The translations under genes were made by a program, and so were the position numbers. This document shows positions 1-12,431 of a stretch of 64,000 bases of DNA, piece after piece; position 1 is the first letter of the stretch; every line of letters starts with the position of its first letter. The notes under the pieces were generated by a model that ran no database searches, was not told the origin of the DNA, and saw nothing but the letters and a program-made list of their open reading frames with translations. This DNA is from Utricularia gibba (Eukaryota > Plantae > Magnoliophyta), in contig CM007991.1 in NCBI GenBank assembly GCA_002189035.1, forward strand, positions 1,798,001-1,862,000, written 5' to 3'.

Positions 1-1278
1 CGTGGCATTTGATCCAATGGGCGGCGGTCCGTACACCGGTGTGGCCGATGGCAGAGTTCTCTTCTGGGATGGGGATAAGTTGTCTGTTTTTGCGTACACT
101 TCTGCTAATTGGTAACAGGGCTTTTTTTTTTTCTCTCTTTCTTCTCCTTCTCTACCAATGAATAATCTACTGTACTATCCAAGAATCTGATGATGGTGGA
201 AGCCTACATCATTAACCTTCGATTTTACCATGCTTTATCGTAATACTCTGTTTTCCATACAGGTTCTAGTGTTAACAGAGTAGAAAAGTGAACTGTTTCA
301 TGGTGATTCAATTAATGCAACGCAGGTCTGAAGCGCTGTGTGGTCGCAAATCATCAATTCTTGAATATGTGAAAAACGAGCACATCTGTGGAAGGCCTTT
401 GGGTCTGAGATTCGACAAAAGAAACGGTGACATGTATATCGCCGATGCTTATTTCGGGATTATGAAGGTAGGGCCTGAAGGGGGCTTAGCTTCTTCAGTG
501 ACTAATGAAGCAGAAGGAGTTCCTCTCGGATTCACAAATGACTTGGACATTGATGAACACGGGAACATCTACTTCACTGACAGCAGCACTGTTTACAGAA
601 GAAGGTATACCTTTCTATGAGTTTCTTTGACAGCAGTATCCCGACGGCTGAGAGAGTTGAATCATTTCAGGGAGTTTCTACAGCTATCCGTAACTGCAGA
701 TGATAGTGGGAGACTCCTGATGCACAATCCTGCTACTAAAGAAACTAGAGTTCTGGTCCGAAATCTGCAGTTTCCGAATGGCGTTTCCCTAAGCAAGGAC
801 GGCTCCTTCATTGCATACTGCGAGGGTTCTCGTGGCAGGTACATTTTTCGCATTCAACACAATCAGAGGTTGTCAATCATTTATCTACATTTACAGGCTG
901 AGCAAGTACTGGCTGAAGGGCGATGCCTCTGGAACTTCAGAGGTTATGGCTATTCTACCAGGCTACCCTGATAACGTTCGAACAAATGAAAATGGTGACT
1001 TTTGGGTCGCAATCCATTTTCGAAGGACGTGGCTCGGTCATATCGTCTGCGAGTATCCCATAATTCGACATCTCTGGCTGAAGCTTCCCTTCATTCCAAA
1101 GTATCCTCCCCATCAGGGAGTTGTGGTGAAATACAGCCCTGAAGGCAAGATCCTAGAGATCTTGGAAGACAAGCAAGGAGAAGTTGTTCTTGCTGTAAGC
1201 CAGGTTGATGAGAAGAATGGGAAACTTTGGATGGGCAGTGTTCTAACACAGTTTATCTCAGTTTATCAGTTACCTTAG
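1..1278 (+). CDS. Strictosidine synthase-like protein (SSL/APMAP family), 5'-partial
   Basis: Exons <1-111, 326-604, 671-838 and 897-1278 splice in frame at GT-AG sites. Family motifs GPYTGVADGR, CGRPLGLRF, DAYFG, FTNDLD, FPNGVSLS, LPGYPDN and LWMGSV are present. Confidence 0.93.
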
Positions 1279-1452
1279 ATCCTCATTGTAATAAAGAACT
1301 CCAGTTTGAATGCATAGTAAGACACTGTTATGATTTCAACTTAGTGTAGTATAGATGGGCAAACAAGAATGTCATGTCATTCAGAAGCAAAGATACTTAC
1401 TTGGAGTTCATCGACTAACACACACCACAGATCCCGAAGGTAAAAAATCAGC

Positions 1453-2097
1453 CTAATCTTTTTTGAAATTGATGATGATCACGGGCTGCTGGTTCCTTCT
1501 GTATCCCCACATTTCCACCACATCTCCGGCTTTGACGTGGTTATCTGCTGTGATTTGCTTCCAAGAATCCTTGTTCAGAATGGGTCGCGTTTGGCTGTTC
1601 CATTTGATCATATGAAGAGAATACTTTCTACCAGACGAATCACAGCACGAGAGATTCAACCCTTCGCTAGACATCATATTCCGCCACTCTTCATGGGTTA
1701 AGAAGTTGATCAAGTCATCGCATTCCGACAACATGAGGCGGTTCAAGTTGGGGTTCACGTCGGAATATTCGATATACTTGTGGTATAGGAAAGCCACCGG
1801 AGTAGCGTTTTCATCTGCGCCCATCATCTGCATGATCGACAGGAACTCTTCAAGAGAAGATATTGGATGAGTGTGCACATTCTGCCGTTTCTGACTCTTT
1901 CTCTTCTTCCTCTCTCCGTTGGACGGATCATTTTCTTTTCTCTTATGGGTGTTATTGTTGGAGCACTCACCCACCTCCATGCCGGCATTGCACGGCACCG
2001 ATACTTCACTCCGTCCAGTGTCCTTGGGATTAACTTCTGTCTCCATCGGCTCAGAAGAAGTAACTATGCGCGTTCCGAAGAGCCAAATACCCACCAT
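1453..2097 (-). CDS. Intronless B3-like (DUF313 / At2g31720-type) DNA-binding domain protein, copy 1
   Basis: 214-aa ORF from a true ATG. It has a basic NLS-like RKKRK and a C-terminal B3-like fold pattern (KYIEYSDVNPNLNRLML ... WKQITADNHVKAGDVVEMWGYR). Paralogue of 5562-6185. Confidence 0.75.
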   Translation of the reverse strand: MVGIWLFGTRIVTSSEPMETEVNPKDTGRSEVSVPCNAGMEVGECSNNNTHKRKENDPSNGERKKRKSQKRQNVHTHPISSLEEFLSIMQMMGADENATPVAFLYHKYIEYSDVNPNLNRLMLSECDDLINFLTHEEWRNMMSSEGLNLSCCDSSGRKYSLHMIKWNSQTRPILNKDSWKQITADNHVKAGDVVEMWGYRRNQQPVIIINFKKD

Positions 2098-2203
2098 TGC
2101 TTTTCAGGAGTTTGCAAAGATAATTTTGATGTGTTGCAAAAGAAATGCATTGGATATCACTCATTATATAAACAATGATAATGCAATCTACACTTCATAT
2201 CCT

Positions 2204-2496
2204 AAAAATATCTATATCCGTATATACATGTACTAAAGGAAATATTTTGGAAAAATATCTATATCCGTATCTACATGTATTTAATGAAACATTTTGAACA
2301 AATATCTATATCCGTATTTATATGTACCTAAGGAAACATTTTAGAAAAATATCTATATCCGTATCTACATATACTCAATGAAACATTTTAAAAAAATATT
2401 TATATCCATGTCTACTTATACTCAAGTAAACATTTTGAAAAAATATCTATATACGTATCTACATACACTTAAGTAAACATTTTGAAAAAATATCTA
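2204..2496. repeat. 47-bp AT-rich minisatellite, 6 full copies plus a partial copy
   Basis: Units start at 2204, 2251, 2298, 2345, 2392, 2439 and 2486 (exact 47-nt period). Unit 2 is AAAAATATCTATATCCGTATCTACATGTATTTAATGAAACATTTTGA. Confidence 0.92.
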
Positions 2497-3396
2497 GAGT
2501 TATTCATACTAACAAACTCATGTCATGATTTCTTAAGATTTGGTAAATAAATCATTTTTTAGAAAAATAAAAACCTTAATCTTAGCAAACTTTTATGACT
2601 GTTACAAACCGAATAATTTCAAGACACTTGATCTTCGGGATAGTTCGAGGAAGGTGACTTCTGTTGGAAACTTAGGATTAGGGTTAGTTTGATAGAATAT
2701 CAACCAATATTTCATATTAAAAAAACGTGTTAATGATATATTTGATGATAGTCAGTAATTTTAATATTTTGAATTAATATATAAATTATTTATTTCTATT
2801 TAATATGAAATAAATTAAAATATTTTATAAAAGGAAGTCTTATTCAAATTTTTTTACATATTCAAATTTACATTTATTAAACATGTCACTTGGAATGGGG
2901 GAAGTTCGTTGAATTTATTCGGATTTCGAGAATGGTTTAGAAAAACATATCATTAGAAAGTAGTCATCTTAATTTTCTATTTCACAAATTACTATCAAAA
3001 TTTTATACACAAGATGATTATTTATATCAAACAATCAAATATAATGTTCACATTTGTAAAACATATGGGGGTCGATTGTCCATCACAGACAGAAAAGGCT
3101 ATGTATGAATCTACGTCTGAAACCTATACATACACTTGCTGGTAGTGTATTGTATCTATTCACTTTTCTATATTCTTATACTCTTTATTTCTGAGAAGTT
3201 CGGTTGTATTTATATTCGTAGCTTTGTCTACACCCCCAGCATTCCAACTTCCCTTCATCTCTTTCACCCCTCGGTGCTGAAGGAAATCGTTTAGCTCTTC
3301 TTCATCCGATTCAGATTTTGAAAGATCCAAAACATAAAGTTTCAACTTCTTTTGATGCACATACGTGCAAAGTTGTAAGAGATCTTGGAGGTGAAA

Positions 3397-4858
3397 ATGT
3401 CCAAGGAAATAACCGCGGAACGAGTCTGTTATGTTTACTGTGGCTTCTGCAACACTATTCTCGCGGTAATTCCTCTCCTCATTCCCTTCTTTTACCATTC
3501 ACATGCTTTCGAAAATGCAGAATTAACCCGTAAGAGAACAGAAAATGTGTACATTTCGTTGCTGAATCTGATCCATTTTTACCTTCCGAATGATGTTCCA
3601 TGTTTTGTTTTTCTTATGCGTTTTTGCTTCTGAGAAAGAACCCTAGAACTGGCAGAAACCGTGTAGTTTTTTGTCATTTATTTTTATTTGATGATCCGAT
3701 AGATCTGAAGATTGTCCGTGAAGTTTTGTTAGTTCATGAGGATTCAATATTTGGACAAATAGATCAACTATAAAACTTACAAACACCACCCCAAGATTGT
3801 TTAATTTGGTTTTTCTACCATCTTATTTGAAAGTTTGTGCAAAGAATAAGTGCTTTTTTCTGAGCTCAATCGCTGTGAAATTTCATGGTGGGTGGGTGTG
3901 TGAGCGCGTTTTACTTTAGACCATATTACAAAAAGCAAGGGGGAAGCTTTAACGAGATATGTATAGGTGGCGCAGGCTTTGATTGATGATTCTTTCATCT
4001 ACCTTTGATTGATCCTCTTCATGATTAGTCACCATCCTTCCTCTCTCTTCCTGATAATAAAAACATTCATTCATGTAGCATTTGTTATCTCCGACCCTAG
4101 AGGTGCAGACATCTGTGTTAGATCTGCGCATTCATTCATTCATTCAATCCATGCTTTATTATATTATTCTATTCCTCACTCACGCAGACACCTTCAGATA
4201 AAGTGATCATTGGTGGTGGTGTCTTGACCACCAGAAAAAAGTCATGCACATCCCCACTGCACCCCACATGTAATAAATGTACAGTTTGCATAGTCGTATG
4301 TATGTCTGTAATAGAAATACCAACGAAACACAGTCTCACATACAGAGATCTTTGTGATGTAGAATTGAAATGCTTATGGTTTTTTTTTTCATGAATAGAA
4401 TGAATTCAAATGTATCTTGTAACAGATCTGCTTATGGCTAGTAGTATAGTCAAAGATTTGCTGGAACCATATATTTTAGGGTTTGGGGTTTTTTTTTTTT
4501 TTTTATGTTGGTTCAGCTTAGAAAGTATGGATTTTGAGTGGAGCAGGTTAGTGTTCCATGGGGGAGCATGTTCACTATCGTTACTGTGAGATGTGGGCAC
4601 TGCGCGAAGCTGTTTACTGTCAACATGGAAAGTTCAATTCCTTCCCTTCAGCACCAAGGATTCCTAGTATGCTTCTCTTCTTCTTCTTCTTACAAACAAC
4701 TTTCAGACATTGTATTGTACTAATCATTTGCTGGTGAAATTCAACAGTGCTAGAAGTTCCCGATACGTGAAATGGGGTTCATGTCCAATGGGAAAAAAAA
4801 AAAGCGGTGCCCTTGTCTGCTTCCTGGTGCCTGTTGCGGTTGCTCTTGCTTCTGTTGA
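3397..4858 (+). CDS. YABBY-family N-terminal C2C2 zinc finger only (YAB2/YAB5-like); no YABBY domain found; truncated gene or pseudogene
   Basis: Exon 1 3397-3465 (MSKEITAERVCYVYCGFCNTILA) and exon 2 4547-4666 (VSVPWGSMFTIVTVRCGHCAKLFTVNM...) have the canonical YABBY intron position. The acceptor at 4747 gives an immediate stop; the acceptor at 4753 gives a 34-aa exon ending at 4858. No PPEKRQRVPSAYN motif downstream. Confidence 0.75.
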
Positions 4859-5561
4859 AACCAAAAGACATGGGACTAATGCAACTGTGTCGTCTTCTTA
4901 CTTGGCTTCATTGTTATCAGCGTAGCTGGTTTTTGGTCTTTGTTGTTTAATTAAGGCTGTTGTTTGAGCTGAAGAACAATGGATAAAAAATTGCGCCATG
5001 CACGATTCACGAGAGAGTCCAGTAAATTTTAATTTTTATATCGTACTTTCATAAGTGTTTACAAAAATTATATTGGATTTGATTAAACAAACAATGTATT
5101 AAGTTCTTAATACAAAAATTAAGAAGACGTAGATTGGAAAATCTTCACCATAATTTTTGAGCTTCTCTTGGTTGGGGGAGGCTAACAGGGGAAGGGTTTG
5201 GTAATGAGTATTAGAACAGATAATCATATATCAAGATTTAAAAATGAAATAATTAAATATATCATAAATTTTAAATTATTAATAATACATTTAATCTAAT
5301 CTTATTATAATTTTATTATAATTCATGTTTTTGTGTGGGCTTCAATGATTAACCCTTATCGCCTGGACACAGCACTGTCGTTCTTCATCTGGCAGCAACA
5401 TAAAATGTGCAATTTGATCACATTGTTGATGAAAATTGGATAAAAGTGTCTTAAATATTTCATTTCTTACTACTGAAAACACTTGTAATAAGTTTGACGT
5501 AATGAAAAATCTGATGCGCTAGTAGTCTAAAATCATTGAAGAATTAAAGCTAAAAAGGGCT

Positions 5562-6185
5562 TCACTGGACGCCTTCTCCATTACTGCTGCTGCGTTGTTT
5601 TTTTGTGAAGTTAACAATGAACATGAGCCGCTCTTCGTGTCTGTAACCCCAAATTTCGATGATGTCTCCGGGTGCAACGTCGTTGTTATCGGTTAGAAGC
5701 TTCCAGCAACTTCCGTAGATGATCGGAAGTCTCTGACTCTTCCATTTCTTCACATGAAGTACGTAGCTTGCACCAACTGTATCCATTGTACCGACCTTGA
5801 TTCCACCGCCGTGGGTCATCACAGCTCCGCGCTCCTCCGCCGTCATAAACCCCATAAGATAGTCGGACTTCGTCAGCAGCAGGCGAAGCATCCGCGAGTC
5901 TATATCCGACTTCTGGATACACTTGCGATACAAGAAAGTCACGGGACTGGTTTTTTGAATGGCAAGGATTCTATCCCAGATCAACGGGAACTCCTGCAAA
6001 CGCGGGATATGATGATCATCTAAACACCCCTTATTCATCAACGCTTTTCTCCTTTTCTTTTGACTCGCACCCCGACTGGAGCCCTCATCGCCTTCTTGAT
6101 TTCTCCGATTCTCTCCCTCCGATGACTTACAGAAAGAAATACCCGGCCCCGGAATGCGGACACCGAAGAGTAGAAATCCAGCCAT
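5562..6185 (-). CDS. Intronless B3-like (DUF313-type) protein, copy 2
   Basis: 207-aa ORF with KKRRK and RKCIQKSDIDSRMLRLLL ... WKLLTDNNDVAPGDIIEIWGYR. Colinear with copy 1. Confidence 0.75.
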   Translation of the reverse strand: MAGFLLFGVRIPGPGISFCKSSEGENRRNQEGDEGSSRGASQKKRRKALMNKGCLDDHHIPRLQEFPLIWDRILAIQKTSPVTFLYRKCIQKSDIDSRMLRLLLTKSDYLMGFMTAEERGAVMTHGGGIKVGTMDTVGASYVLHVKKWKSQRLPIIYGSCWKLLTDNNDVAPGDIIEIWGYRHEERLMFIVNFTKKQRSSSNGEGVQ

Positions 6186-7494
6186 CTGATTATGAGAATG
6201 AGAAGACAGAAACTAGGGCTTATTTATACAGAAGCGAGGGACAACGAGCTTGGTGATGGAAATACAGAAACTGCATCACATTTCCCTCGTTTACAAATTT
6301 TGATTGCATTTTGTCTTCTTTTTTTTAATCAATTCTTTGGACATGGAAATCATATATTATGAATCATTTCAAATTTCAAGCAATCCTTAGGGACAAGTCC
6401 CACATTACACACGTGCGACATGTCCTACCATCCTTAAGTAAGGTTCAAAATGAAGACATAATAAGTTGTTACCTTTAAATAAAATAATCATATTCTTTAG
6501 ATCGTGTTTGGTAAATTTATTCATGTTCCCAAATATGTATATCTTGAGAATTATATGCGTTTAATAGACGTATTATCTAATATAAATGTAATTTATAAAG
6601 CATTTATATAATCCCTCTGTGCATTTTATAACTCTTTTTTTCGCATATTTTTTTAAATTAAGTGGGTTTTAGTTCTTTTTTAACGTATTACAAAAACATA
6701 AACACATATTTTTAAATCATATCTACGAAATATAATTCCAATTATAATCATTCGAAACTATAACGAAACCTAATCTTGAAGAATTTCTGGGATTTCATGG
6801 CTGCACGAAAATAAAATTGGATTCAAAATCATATTTTTAAAAGACCACAAATGAGTTAATCTATTTTTTTAATCCAACTAATTTATTAGAAGTCATCGGG
6901 GTGTATTAAAAATCTGCGCATCCTTTGTTTAGTATATGATAAAATTGATCATTCTTAATTAAAAATTTTTGCTTCGATATATATGAAATAATATAACATT
7001 AATCACTTTTTTAAATAACCCGAAAAAGTTAGTGGATATCATAGTCACTCCACTCCACCTTGGAGTTCTGGAAGTCCCACTATTTGTTGTTCTTTTTTTA
7101 AAAAAAAAAATTTAAACGCTGGAAAATAGCTTTATTCTTCGGCATCGGGAATTCAGAACACACTGGCATATCATAATCCTGATCCAGTGACATATGAAGT
7201 GTTGGTTTGCAGGATGATTTGTGCAAAGGAACCTTAAAAAAACGTCCCCTTTTTTTTATTCTGGGAGCATGTCGTGTAAAAGCTGCTGCATTGCGTGGTG
7301 CAGACAAACGGACAAAGATGCCCATGCCCAGCTGAGGAGGAGTAATGACTAGAGTGCCCACAACCGTAATATTCCAATGCTCTGCACAACGCTCCAATGA
7401 AGGAAAATGAAGTTTCCACATCTATTCATATGGATCGGACACGAAACATGACAACAAGAACAAGAAAGCCATGGAGGAGGAGGAGCAGTGAGGT

Positions 7495-8166
7495 TTAATC
7501 TGCACTGTTGGAGGTGTCTTTGCAAGGAGGAATGGGGTATTTGAGTGCATTGAGCTCAATCTTTCTGAGAGCTGCCTTGCCAAGATCAATCCCACAGACA
7601 TCAGACAGCCTGATGAGATAGAGGAGAACATCGGAGAGCTCTTCTCCTAAGTGAATCTTCTCTTCTTCTTTCCAATCTGGGAGCCCCTTGGGAACTTCTC
7701 CTTTCCATTGAAATATCTCTGAGAGCTCTCCCACTTCTCCCACCTGTTGTTACAATCATAAAGATGGCGTTTAACCCTTCCCTAGGAAAAATCAATGGAA
7801 TGAATAACCAGTTACTCCGCAATTATACCAGATCCATAGAAGCCTTGGTGTGTGGTGTGTGTTATGTGTATTTCTTATGGGAATGACGATAGAAAGAAGA
7901 AACCTTGGGATCGAATCCCATCAAAACTGGCGAATCAAATAGATTAACAAGCAAAGTAGGCTCCAGTTCCAGCAGACACCAGCACAGCGTGAGATGAAAA
8001 ACAGCAGATTTAAAGAGTTAAGGAGAAGAATTACTAGAGCGAGGAGAAGATTTCTGGGGCTGTGATACTTTTCCCAGTTCCTTTCCTTTGCGAAGTCATC
8101 CATTTTCTTCTTGAGGAGATGAAGGGTCACGGCTTCCTCAACTGCAACGTGGTTCTCACCAGCCAT
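7495..8166 (-). CDS. DCTPP1: dCTP pyrophosphatase 1 (MazG-like, all-alpha NTP pyrophosphatase)
   Basis: Exons 8166-8035 and 7743-7495 are in frame. Motifs FAKERNWEKYHSPRNLLLAL-VGEVGELSEIFQWKGE and GEELSDVLLYLIRLSDVCGIDL. Confidence 0.93.
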
Positions 8167-8959
8167 GGCTTGGCTTGGGAGCTTCAGGCTCTGTCTCAGG
8201 ATTTTCTGTCTGCCACAGACCCTTTCAAGGGGAGGACTCAAATCCAAAACATGTCCTTTGTCTGCCAATACCCAACTTTAAAACGAATAAAGTATGTACA
8301 ACAAATGATATATCATTCAAAGATTTTGGAAACCAAGAAACCACTTACCCCTTTTAAAAAAAATCATTGACGGTCGAATTAATTTGAATTTCATGATAAA
8401 AATCAGGTAAAATTCAATTTTTTATAAAACAGAAAAAATAAACTATAATAAATGGAATATTTTTTTTATAAAAAAATATCAACATTTTTTTTTTTAAAGA
8501 GAGCAATTACCGTAAAATTCGATTTTACAAATTTTTTAGCCATTTAAAAGCATGCGCTTATCAAACGGTTTCCCCTAATTCATTTGATTTGCAGACCGGC
8601 CCATTAACGCCTTACATTTGTAACGGGCCTAACCCAATAAGGTGATTGGCGGGCAACTAGGGCCATCCTAGGTTTGGGGAACTGGTGCCATTTCGTCTTT
8701 TTGAATAAACACTCGCGTCTTGTTGGCTGGCTGGTGAAACAGCATGGACCATTTTCACAAACCCTTTTGGATTTCGCCAAACCCCTTCTTTCTGAAACTA
8801 AAAAGGAAACCTCTGTTTCAAGTGTTAATGGCTAATAGTCATAGTTCCTCGTGCAGAGATGGAGTTTCTGTTGAACGAGAGCAATGATTTCTGGATATGA
8901 AAAGACAAGCAAGCACCGGAATCGGGAAGGAAGAGGGGAGCAGGATGCAATCCATAGCT

Positions 8960-9309
8960 CTACGGTGTGTGTGAGTGGCACACACACTTGTAGTGATAAG
9001 CGCTGTTGATTGGGTCATTTCCTTCGACTGGAACCTGCTCTGCGCTGCACCTGTACTTGCAGCCCCTGCATTCATTGTAACTGCAGGTTGGTGCCACCGA
9101 GCCAATGAGCCCACTGCCAACATATGAACCCCAACCTTGAACCAGTCTCCCGGATACACTTCCTGGAGCAGTTCAGTTCAGTAAGAAAAGTTAGTTAAAT
9201 AACCAGGAAGTGGAGAAGACTCCTCAAGTGTAGTAAGTGTACCATGAAGTGTGAACAGAGCAAACAGAAATAAGAGAAAGAAGAGCCATTTGGGGCGTGA
9301 GTCCTCCAT
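8960..9309 (-). CDS. EPFL9: STOMAGEN / EPIDERMAL PATTERNING FACTOR-LIKE 9 secreted peptide (89 aa)
   Basis: Not in the ORF track. Exon 1 9309-9243 (signal peptide MEDSRPKWLFFLLFLFALFTLH), 80-nt GT-AG intron, exon 2 9162-8960 encoding IGSVAPTCSYNECRGCKYRCSAEQVPVEGNDPINSAYHYKCVCH, which matches the known STOMAGEN mature peptide. Confidence 0.93.
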
Positions 9310-9733
9310 GTAGAGAAGAAAGGGATGGAGGAGAATGGATGGATTACACAAACACCACAACTAATAAAGAGGAGAATCAAAGAACTCTGTCAGGGGAGGA
9401 CAGGGCAGGACAATGTTGTGTTATAGTTGTCAATCTCAGACAACGCCTTTGCATTTCTCACCATTGAAAACAAGATAAGAAATCACAATATTTCAGCTCC
9501 TCAGGTTCTGATAAGGAGATTTCTGTTTGGTAGGGTTCCTGCGTGTGATTTAGATGCATCGGCACAACTTTTTTACCTTGCTGTCTGTGTAGCCTAAAAA
9601 ATAGTTTGTTACTGGGGTAACTTGGGATAAGGCGTTCGTACTTCCGATGGTAAAAAGACCACCATTTCGATGTAGAATCCCCAACTACATGACACCAAAA
9701 AACTACCTGAAAAACCAAAAATGATAACTGCAG

Positions 9734-11079
9734 CTAATAGCGACTAAGAACCACGAAGTCATCGTCACTGAGGACTTGAACATCTTTTTCTCCAATGAAG
9801 TTCTCCCTCCCAAGGTCTTTCACTATGTTCACAAACTCCACTCGCTTTGCCAAAGGCAGAGGGACATATGGTAGACGAAAAACTGGCCTTGCAACTCCGA
9901 GCTGTGCAAGGGCAGTGTTTAAGCCAATGGGGTTTGGCTCAAGAAAGAGCCATTTCATTAGTGGCAAGAGCTTTGAGTTCAAAGATTGATTCTTTCCTGC
10001 AAACATGAGTTCTCTCATCAAGCCAGGAACCAAGTTGCTTGTAACTGAGATTACGCCAGTGGCTCCGTATTCCCATCTTGAGTCATGGCATTCATCGTCA
10101 TTCCCACTCCATGCAATCACCCCATTGTTTACATATTGCTCAATCCTGTGGTTCCCAACACACTCCTTGACACCTGCCAAATAGGGGCTTTTTGCTATGC
10201 CATAAATAACATGCGGCGGAATGTCTTGCCCTGTTCTTGATGGTACATTGTAGATGATTGTAGGCCCCATTTGTAGCACACTATTAAAGTGGGAAACCAT
10301 GCCCTCTACAGAGGTTTTCCCGTAATAAGGGTTGATGTGAAGCGCTGCATGCATACCAACAGCAAAGCCTTGCTCTGTAGCATGAACAGCTTCTCTGGTT
10401 GAGTTGCTACCGGTGTTGCCAATGACTTTGACATGTCCACCAAAGCAGTTTACTGTGTGAGCAATAAGCATAATGTGCTCATCCCAGCTCATCAATTGGC
10501 CTTCTCCTGTGGTACCCCCAACAATGATTCCCTCAACACCATTTTCTATTTGCGTATTCACTAATGTATCATAGGCCTCAAGATCAAATCGCCCATCTGG
10601 AAGATAAGGAGTTTTGATCGCAGTTATCAGTCTTAGAGACTTTATTTCATCAACACTAGTTCTGCAAAAAGAGGAAGCACCTCAAATACATAATACAATT
10701 TTCAATGCGTTACAAAGCAACCAACATGAGCCGAAACAAAGAACGAAAAACCCCTGCTATGAAAGAAAGGCCGATTACCTATTTTTAACTTCATAACTAC
10801 GCATTGGAAGATGAAAGTCCGAGATGACCGCTGCTCTGGGTGAACCCCATTGTATAGCTTCCACTGCATAACGTCACGTGATATCAGTAACCACCCAAGA
10901 ACACCACAATAAGACAATACCAAGAAGCCGCTCTACACATAGCAACACTTCACGCAATCGCAAATCTAACTGAATAAAACAACCGCCAAACACAGATATA
11001 GGGGTTCCAGATCAAGTTTATTCAGAAAACTACCTCGATGATTAGCCTTGAAAGAGCAGCAACCAATGGCTAGCGCCAT
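9734..11079 (-). CDS. DHDPS: 4-hydroxy-tetrahydrodipicolinate synthase (dihydrodipicolinate synthase), plastid
   Basis: Exons 11079-11034, 10863-10779 and 10661-9734 sum to 1059 nt in frame. Motifs [35 protein letters not shown] and GVKEC. Confidence 0.96.
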
Positions 11080-12431
11080 TCCAAGAAGCACGTATGTGAA
11101 AACAAAAAGAACGAAGGGATTGAGAAATGTTAGAAATCAAACCAGAAACCACAACCAAGGAAAAGTCTGGAAGACGAAGATCTGTGTCTCTTCAATTTGT
11201 GACACAGCCCTAGACACAGTCGCTGATTTGGGCTCAACCAGACTAGGCTCGGCCCAACGTATATGTGGACGGATGTTTTTTTCCCATAATTAGAGGCAAT
11301 TTCTATTTACCCCTGCTCTTTTAAAAATGAATTCATTAAATTTTAATTATACTTATTATAAAAAATAAATATTTGAATTTTAATCCAAAAAACTATGGAT
11401 TTTATTTGAACCCATATAATAATAAGAATATGTTTGATAATTGAATATATAAAATTCATATTCAAATTTGCACATATACCATTATTTAATTAATTAATAT
11501 ATGTATATCATTTTTGTATTACTATACTAATCACATACTCATTTTTTAAATATATAAATAATATATAAAAATGGATAGAAGAATAATTATATCTTACTCA
11601 CATACTCAAAATTTTACTTTCGGATATCAAACATCATACTTAGTTATATTATATTTAAACATACTAGTATCATGTTATTATCCCTAATACATCATTCTAA
11701 AACAATCGTTGGCATACAACAATTGTGATGCCCTAAAACACTGAGCAACAGGTAAGAGAGAAGGTGGCAGCCCGGAGACAAACTTGCGGTCGCCGTCCAT
11801 GCCGTGTGGAAAGAAGGACCGTCGACCATGAAGCCCAAGTCCAAACACCATGCTTTTCCGATTTTCCGACGCCGCCCGATAAAGAAGAAAAGGTCAGCCA
11901 GCGACCCTCCAGAAACGTCGTCGTGTAGACGTGACTCCGACTCCAAGTATCAGTCCTCGCCCACACCATTCAACGGTTGGTGCATCGGCGTACCCAAACT
12001 CGGACAACACATCCTCGTATTTCAAAACATCCCAAGACTTGTAAATACACAACACATTTTACAATAACAAGCATGATGCTGTGTCCCAAAATGGATACCT
12101 TAATATGTTTCTACGACGTCACATTAATTAGTAAGAAAATTCAAAAAAATACGTTGCGTTGTTTGATGGCGTGTGAGGTGTGAACGGAACCTGAACCCGC
12201 AACCGCGTTCTCATGGGCATGGATGACGGACTTTCTCTATTTCACATTTTTTTAATTATTATTTTAAATGATTTTATTAATTAAGGAATCAAAATTAGGA
12301 AGAGAAGTTGCGACGAGTTGAAGGTTTCTTTTTCATTTATTCTTTCTTTGCTTTATATATTCCATTGTTGTGCTACCTCTTTTTCACCTCGGCAACACCA
12401 ACCACGTGAACGCCGTCGGCTTCTCCTCAAG

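Noticed and set aside
2204-2496. Regularly spaced repeat as a possible CRISPR array
   Set aside because: Eukaryotic intron-containing context, whole 47-nt units are similar with no unique spacers, and there are no cas genes.
6397-6445. USE-like GTCCCACATTA that could mark an snRNA/Pol III promoter
   Set aside because: No proper TATA at the expected spacing, and the downstream sequence is AT-rich with no snRNA, 7SL or U3 similarity.
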